NCBI GenBank assembly: GCA_963744145.1
Contig: CAVUSO010000001.1
Coordinates: 4,128,001 to 4,192,000, forward strand
DNA from: an uncultured cyanobacterium
GTDB taxonomy: Bacteria > Cyanobacteriota > Cyanobacteriia > Cyanobacteriales > CAWUOF01
Reading direction: 5' to 3'
DNA length: 64,000 bases
How positions within the stretch are numbered: the first letter of the stretch is position 1; every line of letters starts with the position of its first letter. Of this stretch, positions 1-9,625 are shown in pieces. Position numbers and translations under genes: made by a program. The notes under the pieces were generated by a model that did no database searches, was not told where the DNA came from, and saw only the letters and a program-made list of their open reading frames with translations.

Positions 1-2960
1 CGCTAGATGATTTTCAGCTCGAAGCGATCGCTGCGTTAGATGCTGGTAAATCAGTAGTTGTCTGTGCCCCCACTGGTGCGGGCAAAACTTTAATTGGGGA
101 GTACACTATTTATCGTGCTTTGTCAAGAGGTCGTCGAATATTTTATACAACTCCTTTAAAAGCACTTTCTAATCAAAAACTACGTGATTTTCGGGAACGT
201 TTTGGAGCTGAAAAAGTTGGGTTAGTGACGGGGGATGTCTCGATTAACCGAGAAGCACCGATTCTAGTGATGACAACCGAGATTTTCCGTAATATGCTAT
301 ATGGTACTCCCATTGGCGAAATTGGCACGTCTTTAGTAGATGTAGAAGCTGTAGTGTTAGATGAATGTCACTACATGAATGATCGACAGAGGGGTACGGT
401 GTGGGAAGAATCAATTATTTATTGCCCCCGAGAAATTCAATTGGTCGCACTCTCCGCTACAGTAGCTAATAGTGACCAACTGACAGATTGGATCAGTAAA
501 GTTCACGGAGACACGGAATTAATTTGGTCTAATTATCGACCTGTACCTCTAGAATATCACTTCTGTACTCCTAAAGGATTGTTTCCGTTATTAGATAGCA
601 CCCAAACTAAGATTAATCCAATTTTAGCAAAAAGTAAAAAACATAGTGAAAAAGATAAAAGACCAGAAAACAAAAATTTAGCTGAGATCCGCAATCAATT
701 ACGCCAAAAAGACTATCACCCAACTATATATTTTAATTTTAGTCGCCAAAGCTGTGAACGTGCTGTGCTAGAATTAGATAACATTGTGTTAGTTAATCAG
801 GCAGAAGAAGCCCAAATTAAAGCAGAGATTCACAAATTTATCAGCCAATTACCGCGGGAGCCAGATAAACAAATTAAGCTCCTCCTCGAACCACTAATAA
901 GAGGAGTTACGACCTATCATGGACATCTGATTCCAGAATGGAGAAGTTTAGTTGCCCGTCTATTCCAGCAAGGATTAGTAAAAGCTTTATTTGTAGTAGA
1001 AACAGTTTATGCTGTTAAACATTTGCAGCAACGGGATATGTTGCCAGCAATATATTTTATATTTAGTAGAAATAATTGTGATTTAGCTGTAGCTGAATGC
1101 GATCGCGCCGTGAAAGAGTTAGGTCTTTTTTCGCTAGTTAATCAAACAGAAATCAGCCAACTAAAATTGCTCATTGATGAATTCTTAGAGCGCAATCCAG
1201 AAGCAGGACGTGCTAATCAAATTGAACCACTTTATCGGGGAATTGCTGCCCATCATGCGGGAATTTTACCCGCATGGAAGTCTTTGGTCGAAGAATTATT
1301 TCAAGCGGGATTAATTAAAGTAGTTTTTGCGACAGAAACTTTAGCCGCAGGCATTAATATGCCAGCTAGAACCACAGTAATTTCCAGTCTGTCTAAGCGT
1401 ACTGATGACGGTCATCGTCTGTTAAATGCTTCGGAATTTTTACAAATGGCTGGAAGAGCAGGTCGTCGTGGGATGGATAAAATTGGTCATGTAGTCACAG
1501 TCCAAACACCCTTTGAAGGTGCCAAAGAAGCTGCTTATTTAGCAACTTCTGAAGCTAATCGTTTAGTGAGTCAATTTACCCCAAGCTATGGAATGGTATT
1601 GAATTTACTCCAAACCCATAGTATTGAAGATGCCAAAAATTTAGTAGAAAGAAGTTTTGGTCAATACTTAGCCACGCTGTATTTGAAGCCAGAACAAGCT
1701 AAAATTAATAAGCTAAAAACCGATGTCGGACATTTAGAAGCCCAAATTGCTGGGATAGATTGGTTCCAACTCAGAAATTATGAAGAACTATACGAACGTT
1801 ATAAAACAGCTAAACGTGAATTGAAAGATTTACAAAAAGAATATGCAATTATTAAAGCTAGTGATTTAGCCGCAGCTTTACCTTTTGCGATCGCTGGCAC
1901 AATTCTGAGTTTGAAGGGCAGACATATTGCTGTACCTTTACCTTTAAGAGCAGTATTAGTCAAAAAAGTACCAGGATCTGGGCAATATCCCTATTTAGTT
2001 TGTTTAGGACAGGATAACCGCTGGTATGTAGCTACTAATATGGATGTGGTAGGATTACATGGGGAAATTCCGCGACTGAGTGCCGTTGATTATTTAACTT
2101 TACCAGAAGAATTGCCACTCAGACCCGGACCTTATATGAGGAGTACGGAAGCTACCCTGATAATTGTCAATCAAATTCCCCAGAGTAGCGAATTAGATAT
2201 TGCTCCAGAAGTAAAGGCTCAACAAGAACGGGCGATCGCGTTGCAAAAACAATTAGAAAATCATCCTATCCATGAATATGGGAATCCGAAAAGTATCCTG
2301 AAACGACTCAGACGGATTGAAGAATTACACGCAGAAATCGAGGAACGTCAAACCGAATTAGACCAGGAACTAGCTCGTCATTGGCAAGAATTTTTAGCTT
2401 TAATTGCTATTTTACAAGATGTGGGTGGTTTAGAAGGATTACAACCGACTCCGATCGGTGAAGCCGCAGCCGCAATCCGTGGTGATAATGAATTATGGTT
2501 AGGTTTAGTCTTAATGTCGAGAGAATTAGATGAACTCGATCCTCACCATTTTGCCGCAGCTTGTGCTGCGATAGCAACAGAAGTTTCTCGTCCCGATTGT
2601 TGGACTAGCTATAAACTATCAGAACAAGTGAAACAAGCTTTAGGTCGATTATGGGGGCTGAGAAAACGACTAATTAAGAATCAAAAACTTCATGGTGTGG
2701 TCATGCCCGTATGGCCCGAAAAAGAAGAACAGAGTGCAATTTTCGCTCTGGTGGAACAATGGGCACTCGGATTAGAATGGACAAAATTATGTGAAAATAC
2801 CAGTTTAGATGAAGGAGATGTAGTTAGGATTTTACGTCGAACATTGGATTTCTTATCTCAAGTACCCCATGTTCCACATCTTTCGACCGAATTACGTCGG
2901 AATGCTTTACGTGCAATTCAACTCATGGATCGATTCCCAGTTAATGAGATTATCGATTAA
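1..2960 (+). CDS. Ski2-like/HelY DExH-box RNA helicase, 5'-truncated by the window edge
   Basis: Frame is open from base 3 (LDDFQLEAI...APTGAGKT, Walker A), so the track's start at 120 is not the true start. Motifs PLKALSNQK, DECH, LSAT, TETLAAGINMPA and QMAGRAGRRG; C-terminal DSHCT-like region (DEGDVVRILRR). Confidence 0.93.
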   Translation, partial: LDDFQLEAIAALDAGKSVVVCAPTGAGKTLIGEYTIYRALSRGRRIFYTTPLKALSNQKLRDFRERFGAEKVGLVTGDVSINREAPILVMTTEIFRNMLYGTPIGEIGTSLVDVEAVVLDECHYMNDRQRGTVWEESIIYCPREIQLVALSATVANSDQLTDWISKVHGDTELIWSNYRPVPLEYHFCTPKGLFPLLDSTQTKINPILAKSKKHSEKDKRPENKNLAEIRNQLRQKDYHPTIYFNFSRQSCERAVLELDNIVLVNQAEEAQIKAEIHKFISQLPREPDKQIKLLLEPLIRGVTTYHGHLIPEWRSLVARLFQQGLVKALFVVETVYAVKHLQQRDMLPAIYFIFSRNNCDLAVAECDRAVKELGLFSLVNQTEISQLKLLIDEFLERNPEAGRANQIEPLYRGIAAHHAGILPAWKSLVEELFQAGLIKVVFATETLAAGINMPARTTVISSLSKRTDDGHRLLNASEFLQMAGRAGRRGMDKIGHVVTVQTPFEGAKEAAYLATSEANRLVSQFTPSYGMVLNLLQTHSIEDAKNLVERSFGQYLATLYLKPEQAKINKLKTDVGHLEAQIAGIDWFQLRNYEELYERYKTAKRELKDLQKEYAIIKASDLAAALPFAIAGTILSLKGRHIAVPLPLRAVLVKKVPGSGQYPYLVCLGQDNRWYVATNMDVVGLHGEIPRLSAVDYLTLPEELPLRPGPYMRSTEATLIIVNQIPQSSELDIAPEVKAQQERAIALQKQLENHPIHEYGNPKSILKRLRRIEELHAEIEERQTELDQELARHWQEFLALIAILQDVGGLEGLQPTPIGEAAAAIRGDNELWLGLVLMSRELDELDPHHFAAACAAIATEVSRPDCWTSYKLSEQVKQALGRLWGLRKRLIKNQKLHGVVMPVWPEKEEQSAIFALVEQWALGLEWTKLCENTSLDEGDVVRILRRTLDFLSQVPHVPHLSTELRRNALRAIQLMDRFPVNEIID
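24..31. repeat. HIP1 octamer GCGATCGC (representative copy; abundant across the window)
   Basis: Dozens of copies (e.g. 24, 1099, 4009, 5536). None noticed by eye inside the two IS elements or iscB. Confidence 0.95.
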
Positions 2961-3034
2961 GAGTAAAGATTCCGCTTTATCCTATCAGGTGAAGCAGTTG
3001 TCATATCTCAGTGAGGCAGAATTAACGAAATCAC

Positions 3035-3059
3035 TAGGAGCGAAAACCATTCGCTCCTA
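3035..3059. terminator. Hairpin between convergent genes (bidirectional terminator or REP-like element)
   Basis: Perfect 10-bp stem TAGGAGCGAA/TTCGCTCCTA with a 5-nt loop, between the helicase and CVNH stop codons. Confidence 0.55.
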
Positions 3060-3072
3060 ACTTTAACTCCAA

Positions 3073-3489
3073 TTACTCGTATTTGAGCGTACCATCAATG
3101 TTGGCAATGTGCGTATCCAGAGAGATCTCTGATTGGTTGAGAGTATGGCCATCAGATTTTTCACACTTAGCTGCAAGTTCTAATTGTCTGGTGCTAAGAG
3201 ATTGGGCGACACCAGCATTTGCACAGGTGAGAGAAAATTTCCGATCTCCCCAAGATAATACTCCATTTATATTGCCGATGTAAGGATCTAAGTTAATAGA
3301 AGTTGGCTGATAGGAACCATTAATTTTTTCGCACTGAGCGGAAAGAATAGCTCCATTAATTTCTACATCGTAACAAGTTTGGCTAAAATTTCCTTTTGCC
3401 ATTGCTTGATCGACGATCAAGTTAAGGGAAATAATGCCAGCAAACAAAAATGTGAAAGCAACTTTTAGCAATAGTGAGATTTTCTTCAT
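3073..3489 (-). CDS. Cyanovirin-N homologue (CVNH mannose-binding lectin) with N-terminal signal peptide
   Basis: Mature part begins GNFSQTCY and ends HIANIDGTLKYE, matching the cyanovirin-N termini as recalled. Two repeats with four Cys; hydrophobic leader ending in AMA. Confidence 0.92.
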   Translation of the reverse strand: MKKISLLLKVAFTFLFAGIISLNLIVDQAMAKGNFSQTCYDVEINGAILSAQCEKINGSYQPTSINLDPYIGNINGVLSWGDRKFSLTCANAGVAQSLSTRQLELAAKCEKSDGHTLNQSEISLDTHIANIDGTLKYE

Positions 3490-3937
3490 TTTTGATTTAC
3501 CTCAGCTAAGTTGAAGATTTGGATGTGGTTTTAAAACTAGGACAATAATATCGGTATCTAAATTGATTTCTGGCAGTGCTTAAAAAAAATTTACTGTCAA
3601 TGTTGGCAGTGGTGATCGCCATCCTAGAAAAACTAAAACAGCGGACATACTGGAATAGCGATCGCCACTCCCAAAACCTCTGTATGTTTGGCCATACCTA
3701 AAAAACTATAGACTTTTTGACCATTTCTGGGACCTGGTTACATCAACCTAGAATACCAGAGCCCGATACCTAAATTTTACTAACTTTGGAAATATTTCCG
3801 AACTTTAGAGAATTTAAGCTTAGTTAATGCTTTGATTAATTTGGGTTTAATTTGGAAGATTGGGAGCGATCGCGTCTCAAAACAAAAAACCAAGTCTTAG
3901 TGTATTCTAGCCAGAAAATACCCTAACCTAAATTACT

Positions 3938-5557
3938 ATGGAAACTAAACAATCAGACGCAGATAGTACACCAAACCTGGTTAAGGTTAAAAACCAGGAC
4001 TCCACTAAGCGATCGCCTAAATTTCGTTTAGGTGAAACATTTAATGAAATGAGTAGTCAACTGCAAGCATCTTTCTATGCCTTATCCCAAGCTAATACTG
4101 AATTAGAAAAACGAGTAGAAGAACGCACCGCAGAACTGAAACAAGCTAAACAAATAGCAGATAATGCTAATCAAGCTAAAAGTGAATTTCTTGCTAATAT
4201 GAGTCATGAACTCCGCACACCTCTAAATGGTATTTTAGGTTATGCCCAAATTATCGGACGTTCTAAAGCTATTCCAAATAAGGAAAAACATGGAGTTAAC
4301 GTTATTCATCAATGTGGTTCTCATTTACTAACTCTAATCAATGATGTTCTAGATATCTCCAAAATTGAGAGCTTCCGTAAGCTAGAACTTGCCCCTAGTG
4401 CTGTTCATTTACCTTCCTTAGTGCAAGGTGTAGTAGAAATTTCTCAAATCCGCGCTCAACAAAAGGGTATTGATTTTTACTATACACCTGACACTAATAT
4501 ACCTAATGGGGTTATCGTTGATGAAAAACGGTTAAGACAGGTATTAATTAATCTCTTAGGTAACGCCATCAAATTTACTGATCAAGGTAGTGTTACCCTG
4601 CGGGTTGAACAATTAAACTCAAATATTGACCCAAATTCCTTTGTTTACCTACGTTTTTCTGTTATAGATACGGGAGTTGGTATTAGTGAAGAAAATATTA
4701 ATAAATTATTCCAAGCTTTTCAACAAGTAGGCGATCGCGCTCGTCAAGCTGAAGGTACGGGACTAGGATTAGCTATCAGTCAGCAAATAGTGCAACTGAT
4801 GGGAGGACAGATTAAAGTTGAAAGTGAATTGGGAACAGGCAGTAAATTCTTTTTTGAAATAGAATTACCACTGAATGAAGAATGGGTGCAGCAGCAAAAA
4901 AATAATGCAGGTAATATTATTAATTATGATGGGGATAAGAAACGGATATTAATTGTAGATGATCGCTGGGAAAATAGAGCGGTAATTGTCAATCTATTAG
5001 AACCGATTGGTTTTGTGGTTATGGTCGCTGAAAATGGACAAATAGGCTTAGATAAAATCAGAGAAAATTTACCAGATTTAGTAATTACAGATTTAGCTAT
5101 GCCCGTTATGGATGGGTTTGAGTTTCTTAAACAGTTACGAAATGATGAAAAATTGAAACATTTAAAAATTCTTGTTTCTTCAGCTTCAGTAGCACAAATA
5201 GATCAACAAATGAGTCTAGACGCGGGTGGTGATGATTTTCTCGCTAAACCAGTGAATGCCCCAGACTTATTTAATCTCTTAGCCCATCATTTACAACTGA
5301 CATGGAATTATGAAGGAGTAGAAGCGGTAAACGAGCAAGAAATGATATTCCCACCAGCAGCGGAACTAAAACAAATCTATCAAGCTAGTCGAATTGGTGA
5401 TCTGGATATAATCCTAAATGAAGCTAATCGATTAGAACAGTTGAATTCTGACTATAAACCTTTTGTTACTCGCTTGATTGATTTAGCCAATGAGTTTGAT
5501 GATACTGGGATTATAAAATTTATTGAGCCGATTCTGCGATCGCAGCAAATAGTTTAG
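3938..5557 (+). CDS. Hybrid sensor histidine kinase (HisKA-HATPase-REC) lacking an input domain
   Basis: H-box [17 protein letters not shown]-box [11 protein letters not shown]1 DTGVG, G2 GTGLGL; receiver with VDD and TDLAMP. Confidence 0.9.
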   Translation: METKQSDADSTPNLVKVKNQDSTKRSPKFRLGETFNEMSSQLQASFYALSQANTELEKRVEERTAELKQAKQIADNANQAKSEFLANMSHELRTPLNGILGYAQIIGRSKAIPNKEKHGVNVIHQCGSHLLTLINDVLDISKIESFRKLELAPSAVHLPSLVQGVVEISQIRAQQKGIDFYYTPDTNIPNGVIVDEKRLRQVLINLLGNAIKFTDQGSVTLRVEQLNSNIDPNSFVYLRFSVIDTGVGISEENINKLFQAFQQVGDRARQAEGTGLGLAISQQIVQLMGGQIKVESELGTGSKFFFEIELPLNEEWVQQQKNNAGNIINYDGDKKRILIVDDRWENRAVIVNLLEPIGFVVMVAENGQIGLDKIRENLPDLVITDLAMPVMDGFEFLKQLRNDEKLKHLKILVSSASVAQIDQQMSLDAGGDDFLAKPVNAPDLFNLLAHHLQLTWNYEGVEAVNEQEMIFPPAAELKQIYQASRIGDLDIILNEANRLEQLNSDYKPFVTRLIDLANEFDDTGIIKFIEPILRSQQIV

Positions 5558-6080
5558 TTAAGGTGAGAAATCGTCCAGATCGCAAGCTATTTGGATGATA
5601 GTTCGGCGTGATAGAATATCAGTCATAGCTGAAACCCAATTCTTCTCATCTTACTATTCCTTGAATTGACAGATTAGGAGTGAGCGGTAGTTTTGGGGGC
5701 GATCGCTATCTGATGGACTTGATGAGAAAGATATCGCTGCTTTAGTGGGCGGGTAGGCTGTTGACTTTGTGAGTTTTTGAGCGATATTTTTCAGGCAATC
5801 ACCATGTCCGAAAAATCCCCCTTTTTCAGGGGGATGCGATCGCGCTCGGATAGTTGGAGTCTGACATTTCTATCTAATAAAGCGAGGACTACTAGGGCAT
5901 TTTAATTTATTACAGCATAAATGCGATCGTCCTCCCAAACTCTCTCAATATCTGGCTACTCTATGATGAAGTATGTTGTCGGGTTGTTTTTTAGAAAACA
6001 TTCAGAATCAGAAACATCTGTTAGGCTAAAAGCACACTCAGATTCTTAAAAGTATCCACAAAATAGAAGGCAATGGCAAT

Positions 6081-6635
6081 ATGTACCCTGGAATAATTGC
6101 CTCAATTTTCTTAATTCTATTTGGCTTGATGGAGTTCTTTCTACGTCGTGGAGCAACTGCCAAATCTGTCAAAGCAGGCTCTGCCGATCGGGGGACAACG
6201 CTACTCATCTTTGGATCTTACACTCTGACAATATTCGTTCTGAGTATCCATATTCCAGGAATTGTCTGGATTAAAGAATTGTGTTGGCTAGGGGTTGGCT
6301 GTTCTGCACTAGGCACATTGCTCAGGATTTGGTCAATGACCACTTTAGGACGTTACTATACCCGTACTCTAGTCACAACTACAGAGCAAACAGTCGTGCA
6401 GAATGGTCCCTATCGCTATATCCGTCATCCTGGTTATCTTTCTGCGCTACTAATTTGGGTCGGTGCGACGGTGGCATCTGGTTCTGTAAGCGGGACTGTT
6501 TTAGTATTAATGTTGCTCAACATTGCCTATATATATCGGATTAAGACTGAAGAGCAGATGTTGATTGAGACATTTGGTACAGCCTATTCCGATTATCAAC
6601 AGAGAACTTGGCGGTTAATTCCATTTATCTATTGA
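6081..6635 (+). CDS. Isoprenylcysteine carboxyl methyltransferase (ICMT/Ste14)-family membrane protein
   Basis: Several hydrophobic helices, GPYRYIRHPGY, EE..L...FG..Y..Y motif, and a C-terminal RLIPF. Confidence 0.85.
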   Translation: MYPGIIASIFLILFGLMEFFLRRGATAKSVKAGSADRGTTLLIFGSYTLTIFVLSIHIPGIVWIKELCWLGVGCSALGTLLRIWSMTTLGRYYTRTLVTTTEQTVVQNGPYRYIRHPGYLSALLIWVGATVASGSVSGTVLVLMLLNIAYIYRIKTEEQMLIETFGTAYSDYQQRTWRLIPFIY

Positions 6636-6968
6636 TGGCGATTGATGACAGCGACCTTTGAAAAACTTCAAACTCTGAACAGAAAATAATCCTTCAATGC
6701 GATCGGCCACCAGAAATCTAGAAATACCTGGCCACTCCTTGAAAAATCAGCCAGATAATATTTTTTAACTGTAAGCAATAGGTATAATTATGCTGTCAAC
6801 TTTCCTCTAATCAATATGTCCTTCGACTTTTTGTTCCTACCTACTCCGAAACTCTATCTTAATTGCAGAACGGTATCCCCTAAATCAAATCTTGAATAAA
6901 GTTGCGATCGCTAATCAGTCAAATTCTGGTAAAATAGAATATTGAGTCTAAAGATTAGGAGCAAAACA

Positions 6969-7760
6969 ATGGGGAAGAACCGCAAATCTAAAAATAAAAA
7001 TATAACCAAGATACCTTTTAAAGTTCCAGAGATTGGAGACCAAATTACTATTACAGATCGTAACCATCCATATTTTGGGAAAAAAGCCTATATTAACTCA
7101 GAACTTATCCATGTCGGAGATGGATACGATCCATTAGATATAGCGATAAAAATACAGATAGATATTTCCTGTATTGATTTCGACCCGCAGAAATACCAAT
7201 ACTTATTAGAAAATCAAAAATTAAAAGATTTAATAAATGAGGTTAACGAGGATAATAAGCTTAAAGGCAAGAACACAAACTATACTCTTGAAATTACAGA
7301 TTTTGACTGGTATATTGCACAACAAGAACTCGCAATATTTACAGTACCTATTTCGTATATTTTCAATAAATCTACCAAAGGGTTTGGAACACTAGCTAAA
7401 ATTAAAGTACCTCCAACTCCTATTTTTAATATTCCTGATAAAAATATTACCGTTTCCCAAATACCAGTTCCCTCCTACATGGAAGAAGATGAAAATGGAA
7501 AAGTTGATCGAATTAATTGGGATAAAAGAGGAAGATTGGCTAATAAAAATACTGTGGAAGAAATAATAAAAGCCATGTTATTAATGTGTGAAACTAAAAA
7601 TGTACCTAGTCTACCTACACCCAACTCTATACTTGATGGCATAACCCCGAATGATGTGTTAATCCTCAGTGATGGTACGTTTTGGGTTGATACTGATTGG
7701 AAGTTACTTGATGCTGTTTTGGTTGAAATCGTAGAAAAGAACGGTGAAAAAAGAAGTTGA
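6969..7760 (+). CDS. Hypothetical protein
   Basis: Open frame of about 263 aa from the ATG at 6969; very AT-rich; no family recognised. Confidence 0.65.
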   Translation: MGKNRKSKNKNITKIPFKVPEIGDQITITDRNHPYFGKKAYINSELIHVGDGYDPLDIAIKIQIDISCIDFDPQKYQYLLENQKLKDLINEVNEDNKLKGKNTNYTLEITDFDWYIAQQELAIFTVPISYIFNKSTKGFGTLAKIKVPPTPIFNIPDKNITVSQIPVPSYMEEDENGKVDRINWDKRGRLANKNTVEEIIKAMLLMCETKNVPSLPTPNSILDGITPNDVLILSDGTFWVDTDWKLLDAVLVEIVEKNGEKRS

Positions 7761-7820
7761 TAAAAGCCTGAAGTGTCTATATGCTAAAGGTTACAAATCT
7801 GAACTGCCCCACTAACAAGT

Positions 7821-8453
7821 TCAACTACCACCCTTCTCCCCATTCAAACAACCAGCCTGCCTAGCCGTGATCGGATATTTCTCTAATAAATCCTTGCAAC
7901 AGATATGATATGGCTGCCCCCCCACACCATACTGCTCACAAAACCCTTCCCCCCTACCCAATGTTCTCAGGTTACACTCCTCCCTCCGCTCTGGATATCC
8001 AGGCGCTATGCCTTCTAAAGCTATTAGCTGTCCATTCCTGAGAGGTAACATGGCTCCCCACCCAAGTTCTCTCCAGTAGTCCTTCCTGAAGGATAACCTT
8101 ATATCATCCCTTGTTTCACTTACACTCCATGTCTTGTCTATCTTTTGAATGATACCGCAATCAACTTTCTGCCAATCTTCGGCATTAAGTTTTCCTTCAT
8201 TCTCTCGGTCAACAGCATTGATGAGCATTTGACGAGTTTTCAGACCAGCGTCCTCCACTTTACCTGCTTTCAACAACTGCTGCACGGTATCGTAGTCGCT
8301 TTGGTCTGGGGTTTGCGCTATTGATATGATTTTTTGTCTTTGTAACCCAAAATTATCAGCTACAGATGGTCTGGTGATGGAAGGAATTAGTAAGCTAGTA
8401 CCAACTATTAAAGCAACGGTTCCCGACCAAAAGAATAAAGATTTGACTTTCAT
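7821..8453 (-). CDS. Exported protein with a degenerate GUN4-like domain and Cys-rich C-terminus
   Basis: Signal-like N-terminus; DYDTVQQLLKAGKVEDAGLKTRQML...VDCGIIQKIDKTW resembles the first half of a GUN4 domain. Confidence 0.65.
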   Translation of the reverse strand: MKVKSLFFWSGTVALIVGTSLLIPSITRPSVADNFGLQRQKIISIAQTPDQSDYDTVQQLLKAGKVEDAGLKTRQMLINAVDRENEGKLNAEDWQKVDCGIIQKIDKTWSVSETRDDIRLSFRKDYWRELGWGAMLPLRNGQLIALEGIAPGYPERREECNLRTLGRGEGFCEQYGVGGQPYHICCKDLLEKYPITARQAGCLNGEKGGS

Positions 8454-8605
8454 GGTTTGGATACTTATCTGTTTTACTAAACTTGGATTTTTAGACTAAC
8501 ATCAGTTTATTTTATTTTTCCAAAAGTAATCAATACAAGTGAGCGCAGAAATCAACAGTAGGTAATAATGATAAAAACTGGTTAGAGCTGGCTGTAATAT
8601 CACAA

Positions 8606-9040
8606 TTGTCAAGTAAAATGAGACAGAGTTTAATCATTGCCTTACTGCTGGGAGCGAATATGGCGATCGCGCCCATCGCTCAAGCAGACGACCCAACAGG
8701 GGGATATTTTGATGGAACCGAGATTCAATGTCCTGGTATACCGAGAGGCGAATCAAACGTTACGCAGTGTAACGAAGTGGCCTTTCAAAAGGCCGATATC
8801 GAGTTGAATGCGGTTTATCAACAGTTGATGAAACAAGCAGATGCAAAGGAACAGGAGTATTTACAGGAGATGCAATCGGCGTGGATTAAGCTCAAGGAAT
8901 CACAATGTGGTTTGACTCAATATTATTATCGTGATGCACGCTTCAGCGATAAGTGGGAATCTTCTTGTGAAGCCGTAATGACCATTCGCCGTGTGCAGGA
9001 GTTAAAAGCTTTGGGAACGGGAATTTCCTGGCAAAAATAA
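8606..9040 (+). CDS. Lysozyme inhibitor LprI (DUF1311)-family exported protein
   Basis: Signal peptide ending AQA; pattern C...ADIELNAVYQQL...Q.AWIK.KE.QC...C...T..RV.EL. Start is probably the ATG at 8618. Confidence 0.8.
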   Translation: MSSKMRQSLIIALLLGANMAIAPIAQADDPTGGYFDGTEIQCPGIPRGESNVTQCNEVAFQKADIELNAVYQQLMKQADAKEQEYLQEMQSAWIKLKESQCGLTQYYYRDARFSDKWESSCEAVMTIRRVQELKALGTGISWQK

Positions 9041-9185
9041 GAATGAGTTGAAATCGGATTAGTTAGAAACTGGATATTATCTCAAACTATTGAGCCTATC
9101 TGGTTTCAATTTCTACTAACAAAACTTCCTATTTACTCTTCGGCGATCGCACCCACCTAATAGCAAACAACCGATAAAATTAGTA

Positions 9186-9468
9186 ATCAAAACACCTAAG
9201 TAAATGCTATCCGCTAAACACTGGACATATCTGGACAACCAGTACATAAAGTGTAGAGATGGCCAGTCTCAGTCAATCGTCAAGCGAAAGACTACGTTAC
9301 TTGGGTCATGGCACCTACGAGTGCTTTCCAGCTTGTAGCTCTGCCGTTCAGTTTTAAACATTCCTATAAAGCTCAAGAAAGTGAACTGAGCCGAACAAGC
9401 CTAAGTAACATTGACGAGGAAACAATTACCATTCGACTACGCTCACGGCGAGCCTGAGCAATCAGAGT
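9186..9468 (+). ncRNA. omegaRNA (HEARO); putative guide ~9186-9205, scaffold from ~9206
   Basis: Lies directly upstream of iscB and has HEARO-type words (CCAG..GACTACGTT, CCAG..CTCTG, AACATTGACGAGG..ATTACC). Visible stems: GCTATC/GATGGC (9206-9211/9258-9263), GTTACTTGGG/CCTAAGTAAC (9296-9305/9400-9409), CTACGAG/CTTGTAG, CTCAGTCAA/TTGACGAG, and a terminal CTGA-GCAA-TCAG hairpin. Confidence 0.82.
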
Positions 9469-9625
9469 TTTAATTATGTCTAATGCAAGTTTTCGTGATC
9501 GACACCAACAAGCGCCCAATTAATCCTGTTCATCCAGCACAAGCACGGCTGTGGTTAACTCAGGGGAAAGCTGCTGTTTTTCGTCGGTTTCCTTTTACGA
9601 TCATCTTGAAAACTGGATCAACTGA

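Noticed and set aside
3603..3675. Imperfect inverted repeat upstream of the CVNH gene as an ncRNA or riboswitch
   Set aside because: The pairing is largely explained by HIP1-like palindromic words; no recognisable RNA motif.
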